From: Bacteroidia bacterium
Lineage (GTDB): Bacteria; Bacteroidota; Bacteroidia; M30B66
Assembly (NCBI GenBank): GCA_965279035.1
Contig: OZ257142.1
Location: 1,504,001 to 1,568,000, forward strand
Direction of reading: 5' to 3'
Length of the DNA stretch: 64,000 bases
Of this stretch, positions 29,004 to 38,745 are shown in pieces. The notes under the pieces were generated by a model, which saw only the letters and a list, made by a program, of their open reading frames with translations, made no database searches and was not told the origin of the DNA. Position 1 is the first letter of the stretch. Each line of letters opens with the position of its first letter. Both the position numbers and the translations under genes were made by a program.

Positions 29004-30793
29004 ATCATATCGTCAACGACTTTGTCATTCGTTTCGCCAATGTCAATGGAACGGGTTCAGCCAGTGCCAACTATTTATTTTGCAAAGCCATTTTCCGGAT
29101 GGGAATTCCGGTTACACCTAAAAATATTTTCCCTTCCAATATTCAGGGATTGCCCACTTGGTACGAAGTACGTGTAAGTGAAAAAGGATATCTAGGTCGT
29201 CGTGAAGGTGTCGATTTTATGGTATCTGTCAATCCGCAAAGCATGGCCGATGATGTGGCAAATGTGCGTTCGGGTGGATATTTTTTCTATGATAGCACCA
29301 AGCAATTACATCCTCGTTTTATCCGTGAAGATGTGAATTACATTGGTATTCCTCTCATGGAAATGTGCAATAATGCATTCACCGATGCTCGTCAGCGACA
29401 GCTATTCAAAAACATCATTTACGTAGGCGCATTATCAGCACTGCTTAATATCGATTTCAGTGTTTTTGAAAGCTTGTTAGAAGAACAATTCAAGGGCAAA
29501 GAAAAACTCATCGCTCCCAACATTAAAGCATTAAAAATGGGTGTCGATTATGTTGAGGCAAACCATGCATTTCCTCTTGATATACGTGTTGAACGCCGCG
29601 ATTTAGTCGGAGATTCCATTTTAATTGATGGAAATTCTGCCTGTGGATTAGGGGCGGTTTATGGTGGAGCAACGGTAGCAGCTTGGTATCCAATAACTCC
29701 TTCTACTTCGGTGGTAGAAGCATTCATGAATTATTCGGATGAATTCCGTGTAGATGCAGAAACTGGAAAACGCAATTTAGCTATCATTCAAGCCGAAGAT
29801 GAGCTTTCTGCAATCGGGATGGTAATTGGTGCTAACTGGAATGGAGCTCGATCATTCACAGCCACCAGCGGTCCAGGACTTTCACTTATGAATGAATTTC
29901 TCGGGTTAGCCTACTTCGCTGAAATTCCAACTGTATTAATTGATGTGCAACGAACAGGTCCTTCCACTGGAATGCCTACACGTACGCAGCAATCCGATAT
30001 ACTTGAAGGTGCTTATGCTTCACATGGTGATACAAAACACATTTTACTTTTTCCATCCACTCCGAAAGAGTGTTTTGATATGACGGTAGATGCGTTCGAC
30101 TTAACTGAACAGCTGCAAACTCCTGTCATACTTATGACCGATCTTGACTTGGGGATGAATGATCACATGTCGAAACCATTTCAGTGGGACGATCATCGAG
30201 AATACAAACGAGGAAAAGTATTGGATGCAGAAGCATTAGAAGATATTGAGCGTTTTGGTCGTTACCTCGATGTGGATGGTGATGGAATCGCTTATCGCAC
30301 ATATCCCGGAACACATCCAACAAAAGGTTCGTATTTCACTCGCGGAACTTCTCGCGACGAATATGCTGTTTACACCGAAAATGGTGATGTGTACGAGAAA
30401 AATATGGATCGCCTGATTAAGAAATGGAACACTGCTAAAGACTATGTGCCAGCTCCAGATGTTTATCAGAATTCAAACACTTCGAAATATGGAGTTTTAT
30501 TCTTTGGAACATCTCAGTATTCAACCGAAGAGGCGATTGATATTTTAAAGGCAGATGGAGTGAATTTAGATGCCATTCGCATTAAATCATTTCCATTTAA
30601 TAAATCAGTCGAAGACTTTATCAACTCGCATGATAAAGTATTTGTAGTTGAACAAAATCGTGATGCACAAATGAAAAGTTTGCTCATGATTGAACTCGCT
30701 GCTAATCCTCAAAAATTAGTATCGGTACTCAATTACAACGGACTACCAATCACAGCCGATTATATTGTAAAATCAATTCAGGCTGCTATTTAA
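28994..30793 (+). CDS. korA: 2-oxoacid:acceptor oxidoreductase alpha subunit
   Basis: 'YPITPS', 'QAEDE', 'TATSGPG' and 'QRTGPSTGMPT'. Substrate specificity is inferred. Confidence 0.9.
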   Translation: MSVNHIVNDFVIRFANVNGTGSASANYLFCKAIFRMGIPVTPKNIFPSNIQGLPTWYEVRVSEKGYLGRREGVDFMVSVNPQSMADDVANVRSGGYFFYDSTKQLHPRFIREDVNYIGIPLMEMCNNAFTDARQRQLFKNIIYVGALSALLNIDFSVFESLLEEQFKGKEKLIAPNIKALKMGVDYVEANHAFPLDIRVERRDLVGDSILIDGNSACGLGAVYGGATVAAWYPITPSTSVVEAFMNYSDEFRVDAETGKRNLAIIQAEDELSAIGMVIGANWNGARSFTATSGPGLSLMNEFLGLAYFAEIPTVLIDVQRTGPSTGMPTRTQQSDILEGAYASHGDTKHILLFPSTPKECFDMTVDAFDLTEQLQTPVILMTDLDLGMNDHMSKPFQWDDHREYKRGKVLDAEALEDIERFGRYLDVDGDGIAYRTYPGTHPTKGSYFTRGTSRDEYAVYTENGDVYEKNMDRLIKKWNTAKDYVPAPDVYQNSNTSKYGVLFFGTSQYSTEEAIDILKADGVNLDAIRIKSFPFNKSVEDFINSHDKVFVVEQNRDAQMKSLLMIELAANPQKLVSVLNYNGLPITADYIVKSIQAAI

Positions 30794-30817
30794 TTTTCCC
30801 AATCAGGCAACATCACC

Positions 30818-31870
30818 ATGACATACATTCGCCCGAAATTCCGTCACCCCGAACTTCCTAAAAACGATTTAGGATATTCGGTCGATTATTACGAAGGTGC
30901 GCTTTCAACCTTATGTGCAGGCTGCGGACACGATTCTATCAGTGCAGGTATTATTCAAGCTGCTTACGAAATGAATATCGAGCCGCATCGTTTAGCTAAA
31001 CTTTCAGGTATCGGTTGTTCATCTAAAACTCCTGCTTATTTCTTAAGTAATTCGCATGGCTTTAACAGTGTTCACGGACGAATGCCTTCAGTTGCTACAG
31101 GTGCAAACATGGCCAATCGTGACCTTATTTATCTGGGTGTTTCGGGTGATGGCGATTCAGCTTCAATCGGAATGGGGCAGTTTGTTCATGTCATCCGCCG
31201 AAATCTCAACATGGTGTATATCGTGATGAATAACGGTTGTTATGGACTAACGAAAGGACAAGATTCTGCTACAGCCGATGCCGGATCAAAAAATAAATCG
31301 GGAAATACGAATCTATTTCAATCGATAGATTTAGCCAGTTTGGCTATTGAACTCGGAGCTACCTTTGTTGCACAGAGTTTTTCAGGTGATAAATCACAGC
31401 TCGTCCCGCTCATTAAAGCAGCGATGAAACATCCGGGATTTGCCTTTATCAATGTGATTTCACCTTGTGTGACATTCAATAATAATGTGGGTTCAACAAA
31501 ATCCTACGACTTCGTTCGCGAACACGTGGAAGCTACTGCTACCATCGATTTTGTGCCCGAAATGGCGGAGATTACGACTTCCTATAATGAAGGTAGTATG
31601 AAAGCAATTCAGCTACACGATGGAACGTATTTACAATTGCATAAACTCAATCAGGAATGGGATCCATCTGATCGTTTTTCGGCCATCACAGCAGTTCAAA
31701 AAGCAAAGGTGAATAACGAAATTCTTACTGGACTTTTATATTTAAATCCAGAAGCGGTTGATTTACATGATATGATTAACACATCTTCCAAACCCTTGAA
31801 TACATTGACGAAAGAAGAATTGTGTCCGGGTGCTGAAGCATTAAAAGCGATTAATAAAGAATTGAGATAA
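30818..31870 (+). CDS. korB: 2-oxoacid:ferredoxin oxidoreductase beta subunit
   Basis: 'CAGCGH', 'SGIGCSS', 'HGRM', the TPP motif 'GDGD...NNGCYGLTKGQ', and 'SPCVTFN'. Confidence 0.9.
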   Translation: MTYIRPKFRHPELPKNDLGYSVDYYEGALSTLCAGCGHDSISAGIIQAAYEMNIEPHRLAKLSGIGCSSKTPAYFLSNSHGFNSVHGRMPSVATGANMANRDLIYLGVSGDGDSASIGMGQFVHVIRRNLNMVYIVMNNGCYGLTKGQDSATADAGSKNKSGNTNLFQSIDLASLAIELGATFVAQSFSGDKSQLVPLIKAAMKHPGFAFINVISPCVTFNNNVGSTKSYDFVREHVEATATIDFVPEMAEITTSYNEGSMKAIQLHDGTYLQLHKLNQEWDPSDRFSAITAVQKAKVNNEILTGLLYLNPEAVDLHDMINTSSKPLNTLTKEELCPGAEALKAINKELR

Positions 31871-31888
31871 TTCACTATTTATTAAATG

Positions 31889-31919
31889 AAAAAGAAGGCT
31901 TATGGCCTTCTTTTTTTTT
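31889..31919. terminator. Bidirectional intrinsic terminator
   Basis: AAAAAGAAGGC-TTATG-GCCTTCTTTTTTTTT between convergent genes. Confidence 0.85.
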
Positions 31920-31942
31920 GATCGAATTTTAAATGAAATCAA

Positions 31943-32395
31943 TTAATTCCGCTTCAATTTAGTGGAGTAGAAATACATCAATAATCCGGTTAATATTGCT
32001 GGAATACCTTGTAACATAGCGGCTAAACGTGGTGTAGCTCCTCCATTTTCACTTACTTTAATAGATGGATGAACTATAATCGAAATCAAGGCTAAAATAA
32101 TGAGTGATAATCCAATCCACATTAGTTTGGAGTCTTTGCGAAAACACATAATCATTCCAATTAAACTTAGAACCGAAATAAAAGAAACGATAGCTAAACC
32201 AATATAGAGCGTTGTTGTAGAAGGCATGCCCGATTCTTTCATCGCCATTTCAGCCAATGCTGGCGAAAAAGAACTGATTAAGCCCATTTGTTGGTCAATC
32301 TTTTCGATTAAGGATGTGTCGCGCATGATCGGTCCAAATCCGATGAGAATCGTTAGTATGGCGAAAATGATTGATAGAATTTTTAGTGCTTTCAT
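31943..32395 (-). CDS. Hypothetical membrane protein (~4 TM)
   Basis: Hydrophobic segments in a 150-aa ORF. Confidence 0.7.
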   Translation of the reverse strand: MKALKILSIIFAILTILIGFGPIMRDTSLIEKIDQQMGLISSFSPALAEMAMKESGMPSTTTLYIGLAIVSFISVLSLIGMIMCFRKDSKLMWIGLSLIILALISIIVHPSIKVSENGGATPRLAAMLQGIPAILTGLLMYFYSTKLKRN

Positions 32396-32535
32396 GGGGT
32401 TGGGTTTTTAAATGATTTTCTAAAATATACATTTATTTCTTATGAAAAAAAACGTATTCTGAAATCAAAAATAATACTGAATTCGATTTATCTATCATGT
32501 ATATCGATTCTCTTTGTTTTCATTAGTTTTGCTAC

Positions 32536-33330
32536 ATGTCTGTATCCAACGAAATTAGGCAAGTACAAGTAATACGCTATATCACTCCTTTGCGCGAAGG
32601 TGGCTCATTACCTGCTTTAGCCGAAGCCGATGATGGATTTAAATATGTTCTTAAATTCAAAGGAGCTGGACATGGTGTAAAAGCACTCATTGCCGAATTT
32701 ATTGGAGGTGAAATAGCACGTATCCTCGGCTTGAAAATTCCTGAATTGGTTTTTGCTCAACTCGATGAAGCGTTTGGACGCACCGAAGCTGATGAGGAAA
32801 TTCAAGATTTATTACAAGGAAGCCGTGGACTTAATTTAGGCATGCATTTTTTATCCGGTGCTGTTACGTTTGATCCTGTAGTAACTGAATTAGATGGTTT
32901 GTTAGCTTCTAAAATTGTTTGGTTGGATGCATTTCTTACTAATGTTGATCGCACAGCTAAGAACACCAATATGCTTATCTGGCATAAAGAATTATGGTTA
33001 ATTGATCATGGTGCAACCTTATTTTTTCATCATTCATGGGACACTTGGGAAAAGCATGCGCAAAGTCCATTTACGTATATCAAAGAACATGTTTTACTTT
33101 CTCGTGCAGAACAATTAGAATCAGTTGATAAATTATTTAAAGGAATTTTATCGAACGAAATACTACATGATTTAGTTGAGAAAATACCTGAAGAATGGTT
33201 GCAATGGGAGGGAAGCGGACTCAATCCCGAACAGACAAAAGCCGTTTATTTTCAGTTTTTGACGATACGATTAGCACATTCATCCACTTTTGTAAAAGAA
33301 GCCCTCCATGCAAGAGCCACTGGTGTATGA
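32536..33330 (+). CDS. HipA-like Ser/Thr kinase
   Basis: Gly loop 'REGGSLP', 'YVLKF', 'AEFIG', catalytic loop 'NVDRTAKNTNML' and 'LIDHG'. Confidence 0.85.
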   Translation: MSVSNEIRQVQVIRYITPLREGGSLPALAEADDGFKYVLKFKGAGHGVKALIAEFIGGEIARILGLKIPELVFAQLDEAFGRTEADEEIQDLLQGSRGLNLGMHFLSGAVTFDPVVTELDGLLASKIVWLDAFLTNVDRTAKNTNMLIWHKELWLIDHGATLFFHHSWDTWEKHAQSPFTYIKEHVLLSRAEQLESVDKLFKGILSNEILHDLVEKIPEEWLQWEGSGLNPEQTKAVYFQFLTIRLAHSSTFVKEALHARATGV

Positions 33331-33691
33331 ATATTCGGTAATCCGCGTCCTGCCTCAGGTTGAACGTGAGGAATTTTTCAATGTAGGCTTAGTCCTTTTT
33401 TGCAAGCGTCGAAAATATATCCGAATGGCATTTCAGTTCGATGAAGCCAAATTTTCTGCCTTCCAATCAGAACTCACTGCAGAACAGATTTTATCGAATT
33501 TACAGGCATTTGAGCGAATTAGCAGAGGCGATTCTGATGCTGGTCCGATCGCTCAAGAAGAACCAGCAGAGCGTTTTCGTTGGTTAACAGCCGTTAGAAG
33601 TTCCTGTATTCAAACATCCCGTCCTCATCCCGGTTTAAGCATTCATTTGGATGAAACATTCGATAAACTATTCGAAGAATTAGTGAGTTAA
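33308..33691 (+). CDS. DUF3037 domain protein
   Basis: 'YEYSVIRVLPQVEREEFFNVG' and 'RFRWLTAVRSSCIQTSRPHPG'; overlaps the kinase gene by 23 bp. Confidence 0.88.
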   Translation: MQEPLVYEYSVIRVLPQVEREEFFNVGLVLFCKRRKYIRMAFQFDEAKFSAFQSELTAEQILSNLQAFERISRGDSDAGPIAQEEPAERFRWLTAVRSSCIQTSRPHPGLSIHLDETFDKLFEELVS

Positions 33692-33692
33692 A

Positions 33693-33787
33693 TTTGGGCG
33701 GTGTCCATGCTTTCACTATTAGTCCTCACGGCATTCCTTCGCTAAGCTTCGGCATGCGTTGCGGGCTAACCGTTCAATCATTACCGC
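33693..33787. repeat. GC-rich structured intergenic element (copy C) with a nested REP-like palindrome
   Basis: The reverse complement aligns with 20254-20313. It contains GCATTCCTTCGCTAAGCTTCGGCATGC (33731-33757), related to 3728-3753. Confidence 0.6.
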
Positions 33788-33875
33788 TTTTGTGTTAAAC
33801 CAAAACTCTCTTATAATAAATCTTTATTTATTTCTATCTAGATAAACTTCATTCCGTATAAGGGAATTTTTTCCC

Positions 33876-34781
33876 ATGAGAATCATCAATAATATCAATA
33901 CCCGCGCTTGTAAAAAGTATCCCTTATTAATTCATCGTCATAACGATATGTATCGATATGGAATTCTTAAAGGTTTAGCTGAAAGTACCTTAATGAGCTA
34001 TCGGAATCAACTATCACGTATCGTTTATGAGTGCAATTGCTTTCCCGAAGAACTCAGCAATACTCAATTAGAAGAGTACATATATGAAATTGCAAAAGCC
34101 GATCGTTACAATGGAACTGCAACATTAAAAATGTTTGTCTTTGGAATCCGCTTTTATTTTCGTGCAATAAATCTAGAACAACGTGCGCTGAAATTGCCTT
34201 CATTAAAGCAATCTAACCGAATTCCAGTGGTATTGTCCGAAAATGAAATCACTCGAATCATATTAGCTCATCCCAATCCAAGAAATCGCATTGTACTTGC
34301 TACGTTGTATAGCTTAGGAATGCGTTCTAAGGAATTAGTCAATTTAAAATGGAACGATATAAATTTTGAACGAAAACAAGTAATCATCCAAAAATCAAAA
34401 GGAGGAAATTCCCGAATTTTACCTATGGGAAAGGCACTTTATAAAACGCTCAAGAAATGGAGGAAATACAGTGCAAACGAATTTGTTTTTTTCAATACTC
34501 AAACATTCGAAAAATTAACGACTTCAGCAGTAAAACATATCATAAAAACTTCTGTCCAATTTTCTGGAATTACTCGTAAAGGAATTAGTTCACATGTTTT
34601 TCGACATTCCTATGCTACTCATTTACTCGAAATGGGACTCGATATCGTCAGTGTAAAGAACTTACTCGGCCATTCCCGTATCGATAATACGATGGTGTAT
34701 TTGCACGTTGCTCAAGTCAATCCTCAAGCCGTGTTTTCACCTTTGGATGTTCTAATGGGGGAAAGAAAAAGAAAACGATAA
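33876..34781 (+). CDS. Tyrosine recombinase/integrase with N-terminal SAM-like domain
   Basis: Catalytic set appears intact: 'GMRSKE' (R), 'KSKGG' (K), 'HVFRH', 'LGHS' and 'TMVYLH' (Y); C-terminal 'SPLD'. Confidence 0.92.
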   Translation: MRIINNINTRACKKYPLLIHRHNDMYRYGILKGLAESTLMSYRNQLSRIVYECNCFPEELSNTQLEEYIYEIAKADRYNGTATLKMFVFGIRFYFRAINLEQRALKLPSLKQSNRIPVVLSENEITRIILAHPNPRNRIVLATLYSLGMRSKELVNLKWNDINFERKQVIIQKSKGGNSRILPMGKALYKTLKKWRKYSANEFVFFNTQTFEKLTTSAVKHIIKTSVQFSGITRKGISSHVFRHSYATHLLEMGLDIVSVKNLLGHSRIDNTMVYLHVAQVNPQAVFSPLDVLMGERKRKR

Positions 34782-34787
34782 TCTATT

Positions 34788-35498
34788 TCAATCCCGAACA
34801 CATCTTACTGAAAATCCATTCTTCTTCCCATACGAATAGCGATTGACATTTACATTGGGATAATTGATGTATCGGACATAAGCTGCTGGAACACTCACTG
34901 TTGAAGCAGTCCACCAATATCCACTATTGATCGCATTACTAAAAAATCCTCCATGATCGGCATCGCGCATTCCTCCTGGCAAGGCTGTAAATTCTACAGA
35001 ATTACTAGCTCCAGTATTAGGCATTGCCCACAATTCGGTCGACTTTAAAAGTCCACCTGCAATGCCTTCTCCTCCCAATGAATCTATCAAATTTCCCCAT
35101 TCTGCATCGGTCGATACATGCCAACCAGCAGGACAAACATTTCGCGGATCTGAAACGGTAAAGCCATTATACAACTTCCCATAAATCGAATCATTCACCG
35201 AATTATTCTGATATTTACTAAATGCTCCAGAAGTGATTGAAGCCCATTCGTTATCATTTTGAATTTCAGGAATGCTATCTCCATTTTGGTAATGACTAGT
35301 TTTTATGTTTTCATTCAGCCAGCAAGTACCATAAAGATCCAATACTCGATAGCGATTTCCATCAATATCCATTATTGAATCTGGACAGGGAATCAAGGTG
35401 TTTGTATGATCTTGTGAACTTATAGCAACTGTTTCTTTTTTACACGCTGAATAAATAATGAGTAATAAACTTGTTAGGATAAAAGCAAATCTTGTCAT
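34788..35498 (-). CDS. Fibrobacter succinogenes major paralogous domain (Fib_succ_major) lipoprotein
   Basis: Lipobox 'YSAC', 'DIDGNRY', 'YGKLYN', 'CPAGWHV', 'FTALPGG' and 'GFSVRCVRD'. Confidence 0.92.
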   Translation of the reverse strand: MTRFAFILTSLLLIIYSACKKETVAISSQDHTNTLIPCPDSIMDIDGNRYRVLDLYGTCWLNENIKTSHYQNGDSIPEIQNDNEWASITSGAFSKYQNNSVNDSIYGKLYNGFTVSDPRNVCPAGWHVSTDAEWGNLIDSLGGEGIAGGLLKSTELWAMPNTGASNSVEFTALPGGMRDADHGGFFSNAINSGYWWTASTVSVPAAYVRYINYPNVNVNRYSYGKKNGFSVRCVRD

Positions 35499-35564
35499 TC
35501 GTGTCTTTGATTTATTAAATCTAAATAAACCAAAAATAGAAATAAAATTGATTTTGCTTTAAAT

Positions 35565-36209
35565 CTACCAATACGAAGTATGCTTAGGTGTCCAAATTCT
35601 GAGATTCCAGCCTAGTCCTGCCATAATTCGTATCTCATCTATATTTTTAGGTTTGGGTAGAATGCTGAAAAATTGTCCTTTAATCCCTTGAACTTTGGCA
35701 AAAAAATTAAAGATCGATCCAACATAAAAATTAAAACCCAATTGAGCCGACATTACCGGAACTACCGATAATGGTGTTGATTCCACTCTTTCTTCTCCAT
35801 TAAAACGCACTCTCACTAAGGATATACCGGGTATTAATCCAATGTAAGGATCAAATCGGGCTGGTTTCATAAAGTGATAATTTGCACCAGCAAACAATCC
35901 ATGATTATCAGTAATTCCTAGTTGATTTTTACGTATCGTTTTAAATGAATAACAAATGCTTCCTGTATAGGCAAAACGATTGTCGACAAATAATTCCATT
36001 TCACCATTTAAATAGGCAGCAACTGGTTTTTGAGCACTTAAAAATCCGGCACCTAAATTTCCCTGAGAACGGATATTTCCCGTTCTGAGTTCCCAAATTT
36101 TCTGACTGAATGATTGTCCTTGAATTCCCCAAACGATGAGAATAATTCCTGCTAATTGGCAGAATTTAGGACTTGCTGAAATTAACTTTTTCGGTTCCAT
36201 AGCTTGCAT
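35565..36209 (-). CDS. Outer-membrane beta-barrel protein
   Basis: 'GANYHF...FDPYIG' and a terminal amphipathic strand. Confidence 0.65.
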   Translation of the reverse strand: MQAMEPKKLISASPKFCQLAGIILIVWGIQGQSFSQKIWELRTGNIRSQGNLGAGFLSAQKPVAAYLNGEMELFVDNRFAYTGSICYSFKTIRKNQLGITDNHGLFAGANYHFMKPARFDPYIGLIPGISLVRVRFNGEERVESTPLSVVPVMSAQLGFNFYVGSIFNFFAKVQGIKGQFFSILPKPKNIDEIRIMAGLGWNLRIWTPKHTSYW

Positions 36210-36865
36210 AATTTATAGTTAGCACTCAAACTAAACATGAGATGTCCTTCCCAACTGGTATTGTCATGTTTAACAACCGATAGATCACCAGTAGCTCTAT
36301 TTTCTTCTAATTCCACTTCTTTACCTAAATGAAATCCATATTGAGTGGAAAGAGCAAGGTTAAATCGTGGTGTTATATTATACTGACAACCAATTCCGGT
36401 TTGAACCTCAGAAGTAAAGCGATTATTTCGCGATTTACCTGCACCATTTACTGCAATATCGGTTTCATCAAAACAATGTCCTGCAATAATATAAGGTGTG
36501 AATTTTCGTTCAAATCCTTTGGGATCGATAACATAATAAAGCACGCTCCATCCAATATGATAATCGGTACGATGTGCTTTATCTTTTAGATTACTCATGA
36601 ACACATCAGCGTACCATTCGGTATTTATCCGGTTACTGAGTTGTATTCTAAAATGTCCTCCAATACCAGTTCCTACAGAACCTTTTACACCATCATTGAA
36701 TAAACTAACAGTATTTCGCATTCCTGTTGAGAAATTACCGCCTTGTTTTTCATGGAAATCGGTATTTGATCCACTAAATAATCGGGTTCTAGATTGTGCC
36801 TGAACTGTTTCGTTAATTCCTAATAATGCTAGGAAAATGCATCCAATAACCACATACTTCAACAT
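36182..36865 (-). CDS. Outer-membrane beta-barrel protein
   Basis: Signal peptide, 'FTPYIIAG' and 'GIGCQYNIT'; overlaps the next gene. Confidence 0.65.
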   Translation of the reverse strand: MLKYVVIGCIFLALLGINETVQAQSRTRLFSGSNTDFHEKQGGNFSTGMRNTVSLFNDGVKGSVGTGIGGHFRIQLSNRINTEWYADVFMSNLKDKAHRTDYHIGWSVLYYVIDPKGFERKFTPYIIAGHCFDETDIAVNGAGKSRNNRFTSEVQTGIGCQYNITPRFNLALSTQYGFHLGKEVELEENRATGDLSVVKHDNTSWEGHLMFSLSANYKLCKLWNRKS

Positions 36866-37050
36866 AGTATTTAAGATTGGTGAAGTAGGGCTGTTTCATA
36901 ATGACTTTTTGGTAAAACGACCTCACCTATTTCTTAGTATGATGATGAATAAATATTCTTTATTTTTTTTTGAATTTGTTTTTGAAAGAATTTGGATTTC
37001 ATTTAAATGAATTACTAGTAATTATCAATTCAAAAAAAATAATTCGAATT

Positions 37051-37099
37051 AAAAAAAGCATAAACAAAATTGAGAAAATATCAATTCTGTTTATGCCTT
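37051..37099 (-). terminator. Probable terminator of the BON/SDR/dps/SHOCT cluster
   Basis: GCATAAACAAAATTGA...TCAATTCTGTTTATGC hairpin with an A-run on the plus strand (U-run on minus). Confidence 0.6.
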
Positions 37100-37134
37100 A
37101 TTATTCCTAGGAAAATTTCGAATAATTATAAAAA

Positions 37135-37365
37135 TTATTTTGGAAATGTAGCTAAATCGTGCTCTAAAACACTCTTTTTTTCTTGATATTCTGATAATGT
37201 TATTTTCCCAGATGCAAATCGTTTCCTTAGTATTTCCAAGGGATTTTCTTTGGGTTTTCGTTGACCTGGAATGTCATAAGGAATAGCAAAAATCCAGCAT
37301 ATCAAAACAATCCAAGCAATCCACCAGATCAAATTCATTCCCCAATAATAACTGTCGTAAAACAT
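37135..37365 (-). CDS. SHOCT domain membrane protein
   Basis: 'PLEILRKRFASGKITLSEYQEKK'. The likely start is the ATG at 37365, just after the dps stop. Confidence 0.85.
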   Translation of the reverse strand: MFYDSYYWGMNLIWWIAWIVLICWIFAIPYDIPGQRKPKENPLEILRKRFASGKITLSEYQEKKSVLEHDLATFPK

Positions 37366-37367
37366 GA

Positions 37368-37844
37368 TTAAATCTGTATATGTGAACGAATAAACCAAGC
37401 CATTTTTTCGTGTTCTTCCATCAAGCCTGTGATAAAATCACTGCTGCCTAAATCATGATATTCTTTGGAAAATGCATGAATATTTTCACGTAAAAATATA
37501 ATGATACATTCATGATCAGTAAGCAATTCTTTCAAAAAGGTTTGACTATCATTTTTATCTTGCTTCGATTCTGTTAAATGGGTTAGCTCAAGAAATGATT
37601 TTAAGGTGGCATACGAGTAACAACCTAAAGCACGTGAACGCTCTGCAACGCGATCAATGATGGAATCAAGTAAAGCCGATTGACTATCAAAAAAAGTATG
37701 TTTCTCAAAAAAATCGGGACCTTCAATATTCCAATGAGCATTGCGAGTCTTAGTATATAATACGTATTCATCTGCCAATAAAATAGTTAATTGCTTGGCT
37801 ACCTCAATTCGATTTGTTTCAATAATTCCAATTTCCGTTTTCAT
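37368..37844 (-). CDS. dps: Dps DNA starvation/stationary phase protection protein
   Basis: 'LADEYVLYTKTRNAHWNIEGPDF', 'DRVAER' and 'HEKMAW'. Confidence 0.92.
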   Translation of the reverse strand: MKTEIGIIETNRIEVAKQLTILLADEYVLYTKTRNAHWNIEGPDFFEKHTFFDSQSALLDSIIDRVAERSRALGCYSYATLKSFLELTHLTESKQDKNDSQTFLKELLTDHECIIIFLRENIHAFSKEYHDLGSSDFITGLMEEHEKMAWFIRSHIQI

Positions 37845-37865
37845 TTTTTTTGAAATTTTATTTTA

Positions 37866-37914
37866 AATCCGTAATCCGTAATTGATAATCTGTAATTGAT
37901 AATCTGTAATTGAT
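37866..37914. repeat. Heptamer tandem repeat, 7 units (AATCCGT/AATTGAT/AATCTGT)
   Basis: Read directly between the SDR and dps genes. A related array in the opposite orientation lies at 55600-55623. Confidence 0.8.
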
Positions 37915-37920
37915 AATTCC

Positions 37921-38667
37921 TCAAGCCATTACTCCACCATCTAAAATCAATTGAGTTCCATTGCAATAACTTGAATCATCAGATGCTAGATAAATAAAAG
38001 CTTTGGCTACTTCTTCAGGAGTGCATAAACGTTGCATGGGAGTTCCAATAATCCAACTTTCATGTACTACGCTTGGAGCTGCTTTTATCAAAGGTGTTTC
38101 AACATAATAAGGACAAATGGCATTGGCTCGAATATGTTGATTTCCATATTGAACGGCAATGTTTTTTGTAATTCCTAATACTCCATGTTTTGCTACAGTG
38201 TAAGGCATTAAACCATGCTCAGCTTTCAAACCACCTAAAGATGACATATTGACGATCACGCCACCACCTTGTTTTAGGAATTGCTGTAATTCGTATTTAA
38301 CACAGTAGAATTGTCCCGTTAGATTCACGGCAATTAATCGATCCCAAACAGCTTCATCTAAATCATGAATTCCAGAATATACTCCTCCAATTCCAGCATT
38401 GTTAAATGCTATATCCAATTGTCCAAATGTTTCAACAGTTTGATTGATTGCCCTTATAACACTATTTAAATTCGTAACATCCAAAGAAATAAATAAACAC
38501 TTTGCTCCTAAATCTGCGAGATCAGCCATGGTATGAATGTGTTCATTTTGCGGTAAATCGGCAATTACCACAATAGCTCCTTCTTTCGCTGCTTCAATAG
38601 CTGATGCCTTGCCAATTCCAGAATTTCCACCGGTGATAAATACTACTTTGTTTTCTAATTTTTTCAT
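37921..38667 (-). CDS. Short-chain dehydrogenase/reductase
   Basis: 'TGGNSGIG', 'NNAG', 'YTVAK' (YxxxK) and 'DGG'. Confidence 0.93.
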   Translation of the reverse strand: MKKLENKVVFITGGNSGIGKASAIEAAKEGAIVVIADLPQNEHIHTMADLADLGAKCLFISLDVTNLNSVIRAINQTVETFGQLDIAFNNAGIGGVYSGIHDLDEAVWDRLIAVNLTGQFYCVKYELQQFLKQGGGVIVNMSSLGGLKAEHGLMPYTVAKHGVLGITKNIAVQYGNQHIRANAICPYYVETPLIKAAPSVVHESWIIGTPMQRLCTPEEVAKAFIYLASDDSSYCNGTQLILDGGVMA

Positions 38668-38745
38668 AATCTTGTATGATTAAATGAAATATAACCTTGC
38701 TCAGAAGATGATAAATCTTCCAAACAAGGCTTTATTTAATTCTAA

